NCBI RefSeq assembly: GCF_988243305.1
Contig: NZ_OZ547136.1
Reading direction: 5' to 3' (one strand)
DNA length: 64,000 bases
The notes beneath the pieces are model-generated. The model searched no databases, was not told the DNA's origin, and worked only from the letters and a program-made list of their open reading frames with translations. Made by a program: the position numbers and the translations under genes. Positions within the stretch are counted from its first letter, which is position 1, and each line of letters begins with the position of its first letter. Positions 41,114-52,661 of the stretch are shown here, piece by piece.

Positions 41114-43524
41114 TTGCACGTTGGTTCTGGCGCGAATGGCGTTCGCCGTCGCTATTAATTGTCTGGCTGGCGCTAAGCCTGGCGGTGGCCTGCGTGCTGG
41201 CGCTGGGCAATATCAGCGATCGCATGGAGAAGGGCTTAAGCCAACAAAGCCGGGAGTTTATGGCGGGCGATCGGGCGTTGCGCAGTTCGCGCGAAGTGCC
41301 GCAAGCGTGGCTGGAGGAAGCGCAAAAGCGCGGCCTGAAAGTCGGCAAGCAGCTGACTTTCGCCACCATGACATTTGCAGGCGACACACCGCAGCTGGCG
41401 AACGTCAAAGCGGTGGATGATATCTACCCGATGTATGGCGATCTGCAAACTAATCCCCCTGGCCTGAAACCGCAGGCGGGCAGCGTATTGCTGGCCCCAC
41501 GCCTGATGGCACTGCTTAACCTGAAAACAGGCGACACCATCGACGTGGGCGATGCCACCTTGCGGATTGCCGGAGAAGTGATTCAGGAACCGGATTCCGG
41601 TTTTAACCCCTTCCAGATGGCTCCGCGTCTGATGATGAATCTGGCGGATGTCGATAAAACCGGAGCCGTGCAGCCGGGGAGTCGGGTCACCTGGCGCTAT
41701 AAATTCGGCGGCAACGAGAACCAGCTCGACAGCTATGAGAAATGGTTGTTACCTCAGCTTAAACCCGAACAACGCTGGTACGGTCTGGAACAGGACGAAG
41801 GCGCGCTGGGGCGCTCGATGGAACGCTCGCAACAGTTCCTGCTGCTTTCGGCGCTTCTGACCTTGCTGCTGGCAGTGGCAGCGGTGGCGGTGGCGATGAA
41901 TCATTACTGTCGCAGTCGCTACGATCTGGTGGCGATCCTCAAAACGCTGGGGGCAGGGCGAGCGCAACTGCGTAAGCTAATCGTCGGTCAGTGGTTGATG
42001 GTGCTGGCGCTTTCAGCCGTTACCGGCGGGGCGATAGGCCTGTTGTTCGAAAACGTGTTGATGGTGCTGCTCAAGCCCGTTCTGCCTGCTGCACTACCGC
42101 CAGCCAGCCTCTGGCCGTGGCTGTGGGCGCTGGGCACCATGACAGTCATCTCGCTGCTGGTGGGGCTACGACCGTACCGCTTGTTGCTGGCAACGCAGCC
42201 TTTACGCGTATTGCGTAATGATGTGGTCGCGAACGTCTGGCCGCTGAAGTTTTATCTGCCGATTGTCAGTGTGGTGGTTGTGCTGCTGCTCGCCGGATTA
42301 ATGGGTGGCAGTATGCTGCTCTGGGCGGTGCTGGCGGGCGCGGTAGTGCTGGCTTTGCTGTGCGGTGTGCTGGGCTGGATGCTGCTGAATGTACTTCGCC
42401 GCATGACGCTGAAATCGCTACCTCTGCGCCTGGCGGTTAGCCGCCTGTTACGTCAGCCGTGGTCAACGTTAAGCCAGCTTTCGGCATTTTCGCTCTCCTT
42501 TATGCTGCTGGCGCTATTGCTGGTATTGCGTGGCGATCTGCTCGACCGCTGGCAACAGCAGCTACCGCCAGAAAGCCCGAACTACTTTTTAATCAACATC
42601 GCCACAGAACAGGTTACGCCGCTAAAAACGTTCCTCGCGGAACATCAGATAGTCCCGGAATCATTTTATCCGGTGGTGCGGGCGCGACTGACGGCGATTA
42701 ACGACAAGCCGACAGAAGGCAATGAAGATGAGGCGCTTAACCGCGAACTCAATCTTACCTGGCAAAATACGCGGCCCGATCATAATCCGATTGTCGCCGG
42801 TAACTGGCCGCCAAAAGCCGATGAAGTGTCGATGGAAGAGGGGCTGGCGAAACGCTTAAACGTTGCCCTCGGCGATACCGTGACTTTTATGGGCGATACC
42901 CAGGAGTTCCGCGCTAAAGTGACCAGCCTGCGCAAAGTGGACTGGGAAAGTCTGCGGCCTAATTTCTATTTTATTTTCCCGGAAGGGGCATTAGACGGGC
43001 AACCGCAGAGCAGGCTTACCAGTTTCCGCTGGGAGAATGGCAACGGCATGTTGACGCAACTCAACCGCCAGTTCCCGACCATTAGCCTGTTAGACATTGG
43101 CGCGATTTTAAAACAGGTCGGCCAGGTGCTGGAGCAGGTAAGTCGGGCGCTGGAGGTGATGGTGGTGCTGGTCACCGCCTGCGGTATGTTGCTGTTGCTG
43201 GCACAGGTGCAGGTGGGAATGCGTCAGCGCCATCAGGAGCTGGTGGTGTGGCGCACACTCGGTGCGGGGAAAAAACTGCTGCGCACCACGTTGTGGTGTG
43301 AGTTCGCCATGCTCGGGTTTGTTTCTGGCCTGGTGGCCGCAATTGGTGCGGAAACGGCGCTGGCAGTGTTGCAGGCGAAAGTGTTTGATTTCCCGTGGGA
43401 GCCAGACTGGCGATTGTGGATTGTGCTGCCGTGCAGCGGTGCACTGCTGCTGTCGCTTTTCGGCGGCTGGCTGGGCGCGCGGCTGGTTAAGGGTAAGGCG
43501 CTGTTCAGGCAGTTTGCGGGGTGA
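41110..43524 (+). CDS. ybbP: ABC transporter permease YbbP (FtsX-like)
   Basis: 804-aa polytopic membrane protein overlapping the ybbA stop; matches K-12 YbbP length. Confidence 0.9.
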   Translation: MIARWFWREWRSPSLLIVWLALSLAVACVLALGNISDRMEKGLSQQSREFMAGDRALRSSREVPQAWLEEAQKRGLKVGKQLTFATMTFAGDTPQLANVKAVDDIYPMYGDLQTNPPGLKPQAGSVLLAPRLMALLNLKTGDTIDVGDATLRIAGEVIQEPDSGFNPFQMAPRLMMNLADVDKTGAVQPGSRVTWRYKFGGNENQLDSYEKWLLPQLKPEQRWYGLEQDEGALGRSMERSQQFLLLSALLTLLLAVAAVAVAMNHYCRSRYDLVAILKTLGAGRAQLRKLIVGQWLMVLALSAVTGGAIGLLFENVLMVLLKPVLPAALPPASLWPWLWALGTMTVISLLVGLRPYRLLLATQPLRVLRNDVVANVWPLKFYLPIVSVVVVLLLAGLMGGSMLLWAVLAGAVVLALLCGVLGWMLLNVLRRMTLKSLPLRLAVSRLLRQPWSTLSQLSAFSLSFMLLALLLVLRGDLLDRWQQQLPPESPNYFLINIATEQVTPLKTFLAEHQIVPESFYPVVRARLTAINDKPTEGNEDEALNRELNLTWQNTRPDHNPIVAGNWPPKADEVSMEEGLAKRLNVALGDTVTFMGDTQEFRAKVTSLRKVDWESLRPNFYFIFPEGALDGQPQSRLTSFRWENGNGMLTQLNRQFPTISLLDIGAILKQVGQVLEQVSRALEVMVVLVTACGMLLLLAQVQVGMRQRHQELVVWRTLGAGKKLLRTTLWCEFAMLGFVSGLVAAIGAETALAVLQAKVFDFPWEPDWRLWIVLPCSGALLLSLFGGWLGARLVKGKALFRQFAG

Positions 43525-43531
43525 TGTGATA

Positions 43532-43572
43532 AAGCCGTTTATTTCTACCTGGTAGATAAACGGCTTCATTAT
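43532..43572 (+). terminator. Putative terminator hairpin downstream of ybbP
   Basis: 11-bp inverted repeat aagccgtttat ... ataaacggctt with an internal mini-stem, followed by cattatt; starts about 8 nt after the ybbP stop. Coordinates approximate. Confidence 0.5.
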
Positions 43573-43692
43573 TAGTGCATCACGTAATTAAAAAATTGTT
43601 ATGCCCAAACATATAATTAATATACATTGCCAAATGAGTTGTTTATTAAGTTTATATTATATAATTAAAATCTATGGAATGGGTATAATCAT

Positions 43693-45696
43693 ATGGGTGA
43701 CATTATATATTTACGCATTACAGGGGAGCAACAAGGGGATATTTCTGCAGGATGCGGGACGCAAGCCTCTGTCGGGAATCGGTATCAACAGGGACATGAG
43801 GATGAAATATTTGTTTTTAGTTTTCATGGAGGAGTAAGTAACACAGGATTTGGCATTAATCATCAAACGATACAATTTTGTAAAATTCTCGATAAAAGCT
43901 CACCGCTGCTGATGAATTGCATTAATAATAACGAACGATGCCGTTTTGAGTTTTATTTTTATCGTATTAATAAATATGGAAAATGGGAAAGGTATTATTA
44001 TATTGAAGTCCGTGGTGCCACGTTAACTCAGAATCAGATTATAATAAAAGAAAATGAACTTGACTATCAATATATAACAATACACTACGAATATATCTAC
44101 TGTAAGCATCTTACAGCCAATACAGAATTTAGTTATTTACTCACACCTGAAAATTATAATCGCCTTTTCCCACCGACGCTCTTACCTGTTGAGGAAAAAC
44201 CAGAAATACCGCCTGAACGAGAAATTATCCTCACCATTGGTGTATTCTTTGATGGCACAGGAAACAATTTAACCAATACGAATTTACGTATGAGTTTTTT
44301 CCAACCAGAAACCTATGGTCTGGATGTCCAGGATTTGGCCTCGTTTAATAAACAATGTATGAGCAAGCAGGGTAAAACGGGATCCGGAGTACAGAGCTAT
44401 TTGAATTACTATACGAATATTCATTGGTTGAATGAGTTGTATCATAAAGATTCAGAAATAAATGCGGGGTCAGTAAAAATTCAACGTGAAATTTATATTG
44501 AAGGAATAGGGACTGAAAATAATAAAGCAGACTCTCTGATAGGAATGGGGTTAGGAAATAATGATACAGGGGTAATTGCCAAAACTGACCGTGCGATATC
44601 ACTGCTCCGTGAAAAACTGACGGAGATTGTTATTTCTTTAAAAGAGAATAAATTAGTAATTAAGTGTCTACAGTTTGACGTATTTGGCTTTAGTCGTGGG
44701 GCAGCAGCCGCACGGCACTTTACTAATCGCGTATTTGAGTGTGATCCCGTACTGATTAAAACCATTACGACGGCATTTCAGTCAGTTGAATATTTAGGTA
44801 AACCTTCCGGGGAAGTGCAATTTTTAGGTATTTTTGACACAGTTGCAGCCATCGGAGGGCTGATGGATGGTTTTGACCCTCATGATGGTAATAACTTTCC
44901 GGTAAAAGTGAAGTTACCGCCAGGTGTGGCCAAACATGTATTCCAGCTCACAGCAATGAACGAATGTCGCTATAACTTTTGCCTCAACAGCATAAAGGAA
45001 AGCTGGCCAGAATTAAGTTTCCCTGGATCTCATGCTGATATTGGTGGCGGCTATGACCCACTGGAAGATGAGTACCTGTTTTTAAGTCGCCCGGCGATTG
45101 CAACGGTACTGGGAAATGTGCCGGTGGAAGCGACAAGCGCTTACCAAAAAGCAGCACAGCAGGCAGAGTTATTGTGGCGCTATTCGACGCTGGCTCCGAT
45201 TCTGCCTTCTGGTGTCCTAAAAATTGAATCCAATATTGATGAAATAGCGTCGCCTGACCACTTAGGTAATGTGAGAAAACGGGTCGCTGCAGCGGTGACA
45301 TTTCGCAGAACGATCACCAATGACTGGTCAAAGATTGCGTTAAGAGTAATGTATGAAGTCGCTAAAGAGGCAGGGGTAGTATTTGATGCCATTTCTGTTG
45401 CTGATAAGGAATTAAAAGTTCCCAGTCATTTAAAGGTAATATGTGAAAAAGCAATTTCTCAGGGTAAAGCCGTTCTCTTGTGTACAGCGCCGATACCTTT
45501 TTCTGATGATGAGCTTAAAACCATTGGAAAATATATACACTGCTCTTCCAACTGGAATACCGTCGATTATCGATTAAAAAATAAGGTGTCTGCTGAAGTA
45601 TCAGCGTTTAAGACGTTTAGTTTTGTTAATCGGCCGGATGAAAATTGGACCAGAACTATATACGATATGCAAGGGAATAAACAAAATGGAATTTAA
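43693..45696 (+). CDS. Hcp (T6SS tube protein) domain fused to a DUF2235/Tle1-type phospholipase effector domain (evolved Hcp), 667 aa
   Basis: Residues 1-~150 align by eye with Hcp/TssD (MGDIIYLRITGE..., KSSPLLMNC, FEFYFYRINKYGKWERYYYIEVRGATL; compare enteroaggregative E. coli Hcp SSSPYLYKA, AEFKWYKINDAGQEVEYFNTKLENVKV). Pro-rich linker (PPTLLPVEEKPEIPPE), then DUF2235 hallmarks: VFFDGTGNN, YIEGIGT, GFSRGA (G-x-S-x-G, Ser334 at nt 44692-44694), LGIFDTVAAIG, FPGSHADIGGGY. C-terminal ~210 aa unassigned. Gene is AT-rich relative to flanking core genes. Confidence 0.85.
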   Translation: MGDIIYLRITGEQQGDISAGCGTQASVGNRYQQGHEDEIFVFSFHGGVSNTGFGINHQTIQFCKILDKSSPLLMNCINNNERCRFEFYFYRINKYGKWERYYYIEVRGATLTQNQIIIKENELDYQYITIHYEYIYCKHLTANTEFSYLLTPENYNRLFPPTLLPVEEKPEIPPEREIILTIGVFFDGTGNNLTNTNLRMSFFQPETYGLDVQDLASFNKQCMSKQGKTGSGVQSYLNYYTNIHWLNELYHKDSEINAGSVKIQREIYIEGIGTENNKADSLIGMGLGNNDTGVIAKTDRAISLLREKLTEIVISLKENKLVIKCLQFDVFGFSRGAAAARHFTNRVFECDPVLIKTITTAFQSVEYLGKPSGEVQFLGIFDTVAAIGGLMDGFDPHDGNNFPVKVKLPPGVAKHVFQLTAMNECRYNFCLNSIKESWPELSFPGSHADIGGGYDPLEDEYLFLSRPAIATVLGNVPVEATSAYQKAAQQAELLWRYSTLAPILPSGVLKIESNIDEIASPDHLGNVRKRVAAAVTFRRTITNDWSKIALRVMYEVAKEAGVVFDAISVADKELKVPSHLKVICEKAISQGKAVLLCTAPIPFSDDELKTIGKYIHCSSNWNTVDYRLKNKVSAEVSAFKTFSFVNRPDENWTRTIYDMQGNKQNGI

Positions 45697-46345
45697 TATA
45701 AAATTACTGTTTGTTATTACGTCTATGGTTCTTAACTTTAACGCAGCAGCGAAAGAAAAAATATCGTTGCTTGCACCCTATGATGAGTGGTATTTCAATT
45801 TTTTCTACCCTGATTCCCTACCAGCAAAAGTTACCTATGTGGAATTATTAGATACCGATGGCATCTATTATCAGTTCAGAACGCTGGCCAGTACTAATGC
45901 CAGTCCAGGAAGTGTTGGACAATGGAGCGAGAAAGTATCAGGGATGTCGTCAGTTTTTAATAAAGCCAAAAACCCACCAATGTCTATCCATTTTTGCTGG
46001 GATTCAGTGATTGATAAAAAAGTGTATGAAACCTGGATAACGCTGGCGGGAGACGTCTGGAAATTGATGCTCACACCTTATTCACCACCAGGCGATGGCA
46101 GTGAAAAATATTATCTACAGTATCTGTTAATCGGACTGGCTCCGGAAGGAAAAGTACGGGTATGGCTTGATAAACGTGACAAACCCAATATTCGCCTGAC
46201 GGATAAGCAGATTCTGATAGAAACGTTTTCAGGTGAAAAAATGGAAATGTGTAAAGGAATTTCCCGGCATGATTTTTCTCTTGGAGACGATGAATATGTT
46301 CTTGAGTTTATCAAAGATAAAAAATATCCCTATGGTAACTGGTAA
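45686..46345 (+). CDS. Putative periplasmic immunity protein 1 for the Hcp-Tle effector (219 aa)
   Basis: Track ORF 45623..46345 trimmed to ATG at 45686 (MEFNIKLLFVITSMVLNFNAAA|KEK...), signal peptide; overlaps the effector stop by 11 nt; close paralog of the next gene. Immunity role inferred from position and predicted periplasmic location. Confidence 0.6.
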   Translation: MEFNIKLLFVITSMVLNFNAAAKEKISLLAPYDEWYFNFFYPDSLPAKVTYVELLDTDGIYYQFRTLASTNASPGSVGQWSEKVSGMSSVFNKAKNPPMSIHFCWDSVIDKKVYETWITLAGDVWKLMLTPYSPPGDGSEKYYLQYLLIGLAPEGKVRVWLDKRDKPNIRLTDKQILIETFSGEKMEMCKGISRHDFSLGDDEYVLEFIKDKKYPYGNW

Positions 46346-46351
46346 GTAACA

Positions 46352-47020
46352 ATGAAAATAATAGCTAAAATAATTTATAGATTAACCATTGCGTTAATGA
46401 TAGCCGGATCAGTCCAGACAGCAGCGAAAGAAAAAATATCGTTGCTTGCACCCTATGATGAGTGGTATTTCCTTTTTTTCTACCCTAATGCGCTACCGGC
46501 ACGAGTTACCTATGTAGAACTATTGGACACTGATGGTATCTATTATCAGTTCAGAACGCTGGATGCTACCGCTCCGAGTTCCACAACTATTGATCAATGG
46601 AGAGATAATCTTCGGGTTGGGGTGTTATCATTCAATAAAGCTAAAAATCCCCCTATGTCTATCCATTTCTGCTGGGATTCAGTGATTGATAAAAAAGTGT
46701 ATGAAACCTGGATCACGCTGGCGGGAAAAGTCTGGAAATTGATGCTAACACCTTATTCACCACCAGGTGGTGGCAGTGAAAAGTATTATCTGCGGTATCT
46801 GTTAATCGGGCTGGCTCCGGAAGGGAAAATAGGAGTGTGGCTGGAGAAACCTGATAAACCCAATATTCGCCTGACCGATAAGCAGATTCTGATAGAAACG
46901 GTTTCAGGTGAAAAAATGGAAATGTGTAAAGGCCGAAGTGTCTATAAAAATGGGTATTCTTACCCGGAAAGTACAAAAAACTTTATCAAAGATAAAAAAT
47001 ATCCCTATGGCAACTGGTAG
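46352..47020 (+). CDS. Putative periplasmic immunity protein 2 (tandem paralog, 222 aa)
   Basis: Signal peptide MKIIAKIIYRLTIALMIAGSVQTAA|KEK...; mature region highly similar to immunity protein 1 (identical blocks such as KEKISLLAPYDEWYF, NKAKNPPMSIHFCWDSVIDKKVYETWITLAG, NIRLTDKQILIET, KDKKYPYGNW) with two diverged patches. Confidence 0.6.
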   Translation: MKIIAKIIYRLTIALMIAGSVQTAAKEKISLLAPYDEWYFLFFYPNALPARVTYVELLDTDGIYYQFRTLDATAPSSTTIDQWRDNLRVGVLSFNKAKNPPMSIHFCWDSVIDKKVYETWITLAGKVWKLMLTPYSPPGGGSEKYYLRYLLIGLAPEGKIGVWLEKPDKPNIRLTDKQILIETVSGEKMEMCKGRSVYKNGYSYPESTKNFIKDKKYPYGNW

Positions 47021-47071
47021 TTAACCAGTTGCACAATTTCTTAAAGAGGCACGGAAAAGCATTTTTGTGGG

Positions 47072-48193
<1,122 letters not shown>

Positions 48194-48246
48194 TCAAATC
48201 AGCTTGCGCGCTATTTTACGCGCCAACGCGCAAGGAAACTTGATTT

Positions 48247-49173
48247 TTAACTGCGTGGGTTGCCGAAAATTTCTAAAAATCCGCTGATTTCCGGCCTGCG
48301 CTGGGTAAACAAGGTCACAATATCTTCTACCGCTTTGCCGCTGCCAAATTTGCGCCATGCCAGACTCAATGGCGAAGGGGGGCGCATCGTTGGGATTACC
48401 CGGCTGACCAGTTGTTGATTATCGATCATTGACTGGCAAAGTGATTTTGGCAAAAAACCAATGCCAACGCCCGCCAGATGGGCGGCGATTTTCGTTTCCA
48501 TATCGGGAACAATAATCTCTTTTTGCCCCGGCAATCGCCAGGCGACGCGTTTGGTTAGTGTGCGGGCGCTGTCTTCAATATTAACCGCCGGAAAGCGCCG
48601 CAACTGCGCTTCTGTTAGCGGCTCTTCAACGTTCGCCAGCGGATGATCCGCCGCCATGACAAAGCGCCATTGCACCGATCCTAAGGGATCAAGACTAAAG
48701 GTATTTGCCAGCGCCTCGGTTCCCGTGACGCCGATAGCCAGTGAAAAACCTTCGTATAATAGCGAATCCCAGACGCCCATATAGATTTGTCGGGAGATGT
48801 GAAACTGGGTAAAGGGGTAACGTTCATTCAGCCACGCCAGCAACTGGGCGACGGCCTGGGGGTTGTAGAGCAGGTTGTTGATGACAATATTCACCTGGCG
48901 TTCCACGCCATCATTCACCTGTTGCAGCTCGCTGGGCATACTTTCCAGCCAGCTCAGCCAGTCTCTGGCCTGGGAAAGTAGATGCTCGCCAGCCGCTGTC
49001 AATGTCACGCTGCGAGTCGTGCGGAAAAACAGCGCTACTCCGGTATTCTCTTCCAGAAGTTTAATGCGATAACTGATTGTCGCCGTGGTTTTACATAATC
49101 GTTCTGCCGCTTTTGAAAAACTTCCTGTTTCAGCAACCGCAATGAAAGTCCGCAAGGTTTCTGGATCGAACAT
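48247..49173 (-). CDS. allS: LysR-type activator of allantoin utilisation AllS
   Basis: 308-aa ORF with N-terminal LysR HTH ([26 protein letters not shown]...). Confidence 0.92.
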
Positions 49174-49280
49174 CTTCAGGTATCCCCTTTTAAATCCGCA
49201 AGTTGCGTGATTTTCTTATCCTCTGATTTATCAGTATTTTTACATGATAACCCTGTTCAATTTGTGGACTAAATCTAGTT

Positions 49281-49297
49281 TTGGAAAAATATTCCAA
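49281..49297. promoter_or_regulatory. AllR operator in the allS-allA divergent promoter region
   Basis: Palindrome TTGGAAAAATATTCCAA in the intergenic region; same TTGGAAA-N3-TTTCCAA arms as the site upstream of gcl. Confidence 0.8.
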
Positions 49298-49402
49298 CTT
49301 TTGTATTGATGTTGTTCTCTTAAGGTTTTAGATTGCCTGTTATTGAAACCAAGCTGACCGGTCGGCAGTGGTTGAACGGAATTATGTTACAAGGATAAAA
49401 AG

Positions 49403-49885
49403 ATGAAACTTCAGGTATTACCGTTAAGTCAGGAAGCCTTTAGTGCTTATGGCGATGTAATCGAAACGCAGCAACGGGATTTTTTCCATATTAACAATGG
49501 CCTGGTGGAGCGTTACCACGATTTGGCGCTGGTTGAGATTCTTGAGCAAGACCGTACGCTCATCAGCATTAACCGCGCGCAACCGGCGAATCTGCCGCTG
49601 ACCATTCACGAACTCGAACGTCATCCGCTGGGCACTCAGGCCTTTATCCCGATGAAAGGTGAAGTGTTTGTGGTGGTCGTGGCGTTAGGTGACGACAAAC
49701 CAGACCTGTCAACGCTGCGGGCGTTTATCACCAACGGTGAACAGGGGGTGAATTACCATCGTAACGTCTGGCATCACCCACTTTTCGCCTGGCAGCGCGT
49801 CACCGATTTTCTGACCATCGATCGCGGCGGCAGTGACAACTGTGATGTTGAAAGTATTCCTGAACAGGAACTCTGTTTTGCGTGA
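49403..49885 (+). CDS. allA: Ureidoglycolate lyase AllA
   Basis: 160-aa ORF; length and synteny match K-12 AllA. Confidence 0.92.
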
Positions 49886-49962
49886 CGCCTGCAACCGACT
49901 TGCATAAGATAAACTAATTGTTCATTGTTTATGCTCACTTGTAGGTCGGAGTTAACGTAGGT

Positions 49963-50778
49963 ATGACGGAAGTTAGACGGCGCGGCAGGCCAGGACAGGC
50001 GGAGCCTGTGGCACAGAAGGGCGCACAGGCGTTAGAGCGGGGAATTGCGATTCTGCAATATCTGGAAAAAAGTGGGGGAAGTTCGTCGGTTAGCGATATT
50101 TCTCTCAATCTGGATTTGCCGCTCTCCACGACCTTTCGCTTGCTGAAGGTTTTACAGGCAGCGGATTTTGTCTATCAGGACAGTCAGTTAGGCTGGTGGC
50201 ATATAGGATTAGGTGTCTTTAACGTCGGTGCGGCGTACATCCATAACCGCGATGTCCTCTCCGTCGCCGGGCCGTTTATGCGCCGCCTGATGTTACTTTC
50301 CGGCGAAACGGTCAATGTCGCTATTCGTAACGGCAATGAAGCAGTATTAATTGGTCAGTTAGAGTGTAAATCGATGGTCAGGATGTGTGCGCCGCTGGGC
50401 AGTCGTCTGCCGCTGCATGCTTCCGGTGCGGGCAAGGCGCTGCTTTATCCGCTGGCGGAAGAAGAGTTGATGAGCATCATTCTGCAAACCGGTTTGCAGC
50501 AGTTTACGCCAACGACGCTTGTGGATATGCCCACCTTGCTGAAGGACCTGGAACAAGCGCGTGAACTGGGCTATACCGTAGATAAAGAAGAGCATGTTGT
50601 CGGCCTGAATTGCATAGCTTCAGCAATTTACGATGATGTAGGTAGTGTTGTTGCCGCTATCTCCATCTCCGGGCCTTCATCAAGACTGACAGAAGATCGT
50701 TTTGTCAGTCAGGGTGAGCTGGTCAGAGACACCGCCCGCGATATCAGCACGGCGTTGGGACTGAAAGCACATCCATAG
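49963..50778 (+). CDS. allR: IclR-family repressor AllR
   Basis: 271-aa ORF with IclR-type N-terminal HTH and C-terminal effector domain. Confidence 0.92.
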
Positions 50779-50830
50779 TGTCTGTCGCATCCCGCTCTGC
50801 GGAGCGGGTTTTTTTGACAAAATTTGAAAG

Positions 50831-50847
50831 TTGGAAAATTTTTCCAA
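50831..50847. promoter_or_regulatory. AllR operator in the gcl promoter
   Basis: Palindrome TTGGAAAATTTTTCCAA about 20 nt upstream of the gcl ribosome-binding site. Confidence 0.8.
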
Positions 50848-50867
50848 TTTATAGAGGTAGGAATAAA

Positions 50868-52649
50868 ATGGCAAAAATGAGAGCCGTTGACGCGGCAATG
50901 TATGTGCTGGAGAAAGAAGGTATCACCACCGCCTTCGGCGTTCCGGGAGCAGCAATCAATCCGTTCTATTCAGCGATGCGTAAGCACGGCGGTATTCGTC
51001 ACATTCTGGCGCGTCATGTGGAAGGTGCTTCGCACATGGCGGAAGGTTATACCCGCGCAACGGCAGGGAATATCGGCGTATGTCTGGGGACTTCCGGTCC
51101 TGCGGGCACGGACATGATCACCGCGCTCTATTCCGCTTCTGCTGATTCCATTCCTATTCTGTGTATTACCGGCCAGGCTCCGCGCGCCCGTCTGCATAAA
51201 GAAGATTTCCAGGCCGTTGATATTGAAGCAATTGCTAAACCGGTCAGCAAAATGGCGGTTACAGTTCGTGAAGCGGCGCTGGTGCCTCGTGTGCTGCAAC
51301 AGGCGTTTCACCTGATGCGTTCTGGTCGCCCGGGTCCGGTACTGGTGGATTTACCGTTCGACGTTCAGGTTGCGGAAATCGAGTTTGATCCTGACATGTA
51401 CGAACCGCTGCCGGTCTACAAACCTGCTGCCAGCCGTATGCAGATCGAAAAAGCGGTAGAAATGTTAATTCAGGCCGAACGTCCGGTGATTGTTGCCGGG
51501 GGCGGGGTAATCAATGCTGACGCTGCTGCACTGTTACAACAGTTTGCTGAACTGACCAGCGTTCCGGTGATCCCAACGCTGATGGGCTGGGGCTGTATTC
51601 CCGACGATCATGAACTGATGGCCGGGATGGTGGGTCTGCAAACCGCGCATCGTTACGGTAACGCAACGCTACTGGCGTCCGACATGGTGTTTGGTATCGG
51701 TAACCGTTTTGCGAACCGTCATACCGGTTCGGTAGAGAAATACACCGAAGGGCGCAAAATCGTTCATATCGATATTGAGCCGACGCAAATTGGCCGCGTG
51801 CTGTGTCCGGATCTCGGCATTGTCTCTGATGCTAAAGCGGCGCTGACGCTGCTGGTTGAAGTGGCGCAGGAGATGCAAAAAGCGGGTCGTCTGCCGTGTC
51901 GTAAAGAATGGGTCGCCGACTGCCAGCAGCGCAAACGCACTTTGCTGCGCAAAACCCACTTCGACAACGTGCCGGTGAAACCGCAGCGCGTGTATGAAGA
52001 GATGAACAAAGCCTTTGGTCGCGATGTTTGTTATGTCACCACCATTGGCCTGTCACAAATCGCTGCGGCACAAATGCTGCATGTCTTTAAAGACCGCCAC
52101 TGGATCAACTGTGGGCAGGCAGGCCCGCTGGGCTGGACCATTCCGGCGGCGCTGGGGGTTTGTGCCGCTGATCCAGAGCGCAAAGTGGTGGCGATTTCCG
52201 GTGACTTCGACTTCCAGTTTCTGATTGAAGAATTAGCCGTTGGCGCACAGTTCAACATTCCGTACATCCATGTACTGGTCAATAACGCCTATCTGGGTCT
52301 GATTCGCCAGTCGCAGCGCGCGTTTGATATGGATTACTGCGTACAGCTCGCGTTCGAAAATATTAACTCCAGTGAAGTGAACGGGTACGGCGTCGACCAC
52401 GTAAAAGTAGCGGAAGGTTTAGGTTGTAAAGCGATTCGGGTCTTCAAACCGGAAGATATTGCACCAGCCTTTGAACAGGCGAAAGCCTTAATGGCGCAAT
52501 ATCGGGTACCGGTAGTCGTGGAAGTTATTCTCGAGCGTGTGACCAATATTTCGATGGGCAGCGAACTGGATAACGTCATGGAATTTGAAGATATCGCCGA
52601 TAACGCAGTGGACGCACCGACTGAAACCTGCTTCATGCACTATGAATAA
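50868..52649 (+). CDS. gcl: Glyoxylate carboligase (tartronate-semialdehyde synthase), ThDP-dependent
   Basis: Track ORF 50778..52649 trimmed to [18 protein letters not shown]... (593 aa) preceded by a GAGG SD; ThDP-enzyme fold. Confidence 0.93.
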   Translation: MAKMRAVDAAMYVLEKEGITTAFGVPGAAINPFYSAMRKHGGIRHILARHVEGASHMAEGYTRATAGNIGVCLGTSGPAGTDMITALYSASADSIPILCITGQAPRARLHKEDFQAVDIEAIAKPVSKMAVTVREAALVPRVLQQAFHLMRSGRPGPVLVDLPFDVQVAEIEFDPDMYEPLPVYKPAASRMQIEKAVEMLIQAERPVIVAGGGVINADAAALLQQFAELTSVPVIPTLMGWGCIPDDHELMAGMVGLQTAHRYGNATLLASDMVFGIGNRFANRHTGSVEKYTEGRKIVHIDIEPTQIGRVLCPDLGIVSDAKAALTLLVEVAQEMQKAGRLPCRKEWVADCQQRKRTLLRKTHFDNVPVKPQRVYEEMNKAFGRDVCYVTTIGLSQIAAAQMLHVFKDRHWINCGQAGPLGWTIPAALGVCAADPERKVVAISGDFDFQFLIEELAVGAQFNIPYIHVLVNNAYLGLIRQSQRAFDMDYCVQLAFENINSSEVNGYGVDHVKVAEGLGCKAIRVFKPEDIAPAFEQAKALMAQYRVPVVVEVILERVTNISMGSELDNVMEFEDIADNAVDAPTETCFMHYE

Positions 52650-52661
52650 GGGAGATAAATA

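Noticed and set aside
43684..43689. Perfect TATAAT hexamer 4 nt upstream of the Hcp-Tle start codon as the gene's -10 element.
   Set aside because: It is too close to the ATG for a conventional leadered transcript and no matching -35 was found at 17 +/- 1 bp. It may be incidental in AT-rich DNA or indicate a leaderless mRNA; undecidable without TSS mapping.
43601..43837. 78-aa plus-strand ORF (MPKHIINIHCQ...) in the AT-rich region overlapping the start of the Hcp-Tle gene.
   Set aside because: It is out of frame with and overlaps the strongly supported Hcp-domain ORF; composition is Ile/Tyr/Leu-rich as expected from AT-rich non-coding DNA, and it lacks a convincing RBS.
47021..47071. Possible attachment-site remnant or direct repeat at the right boundary of the Hcp-Tle module.
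   Set aside because: No repeat of the 43.5-kb left junction was recognisable by eye in this 51-bp spacer; boundaries would need a comparison with an empty-site genome.
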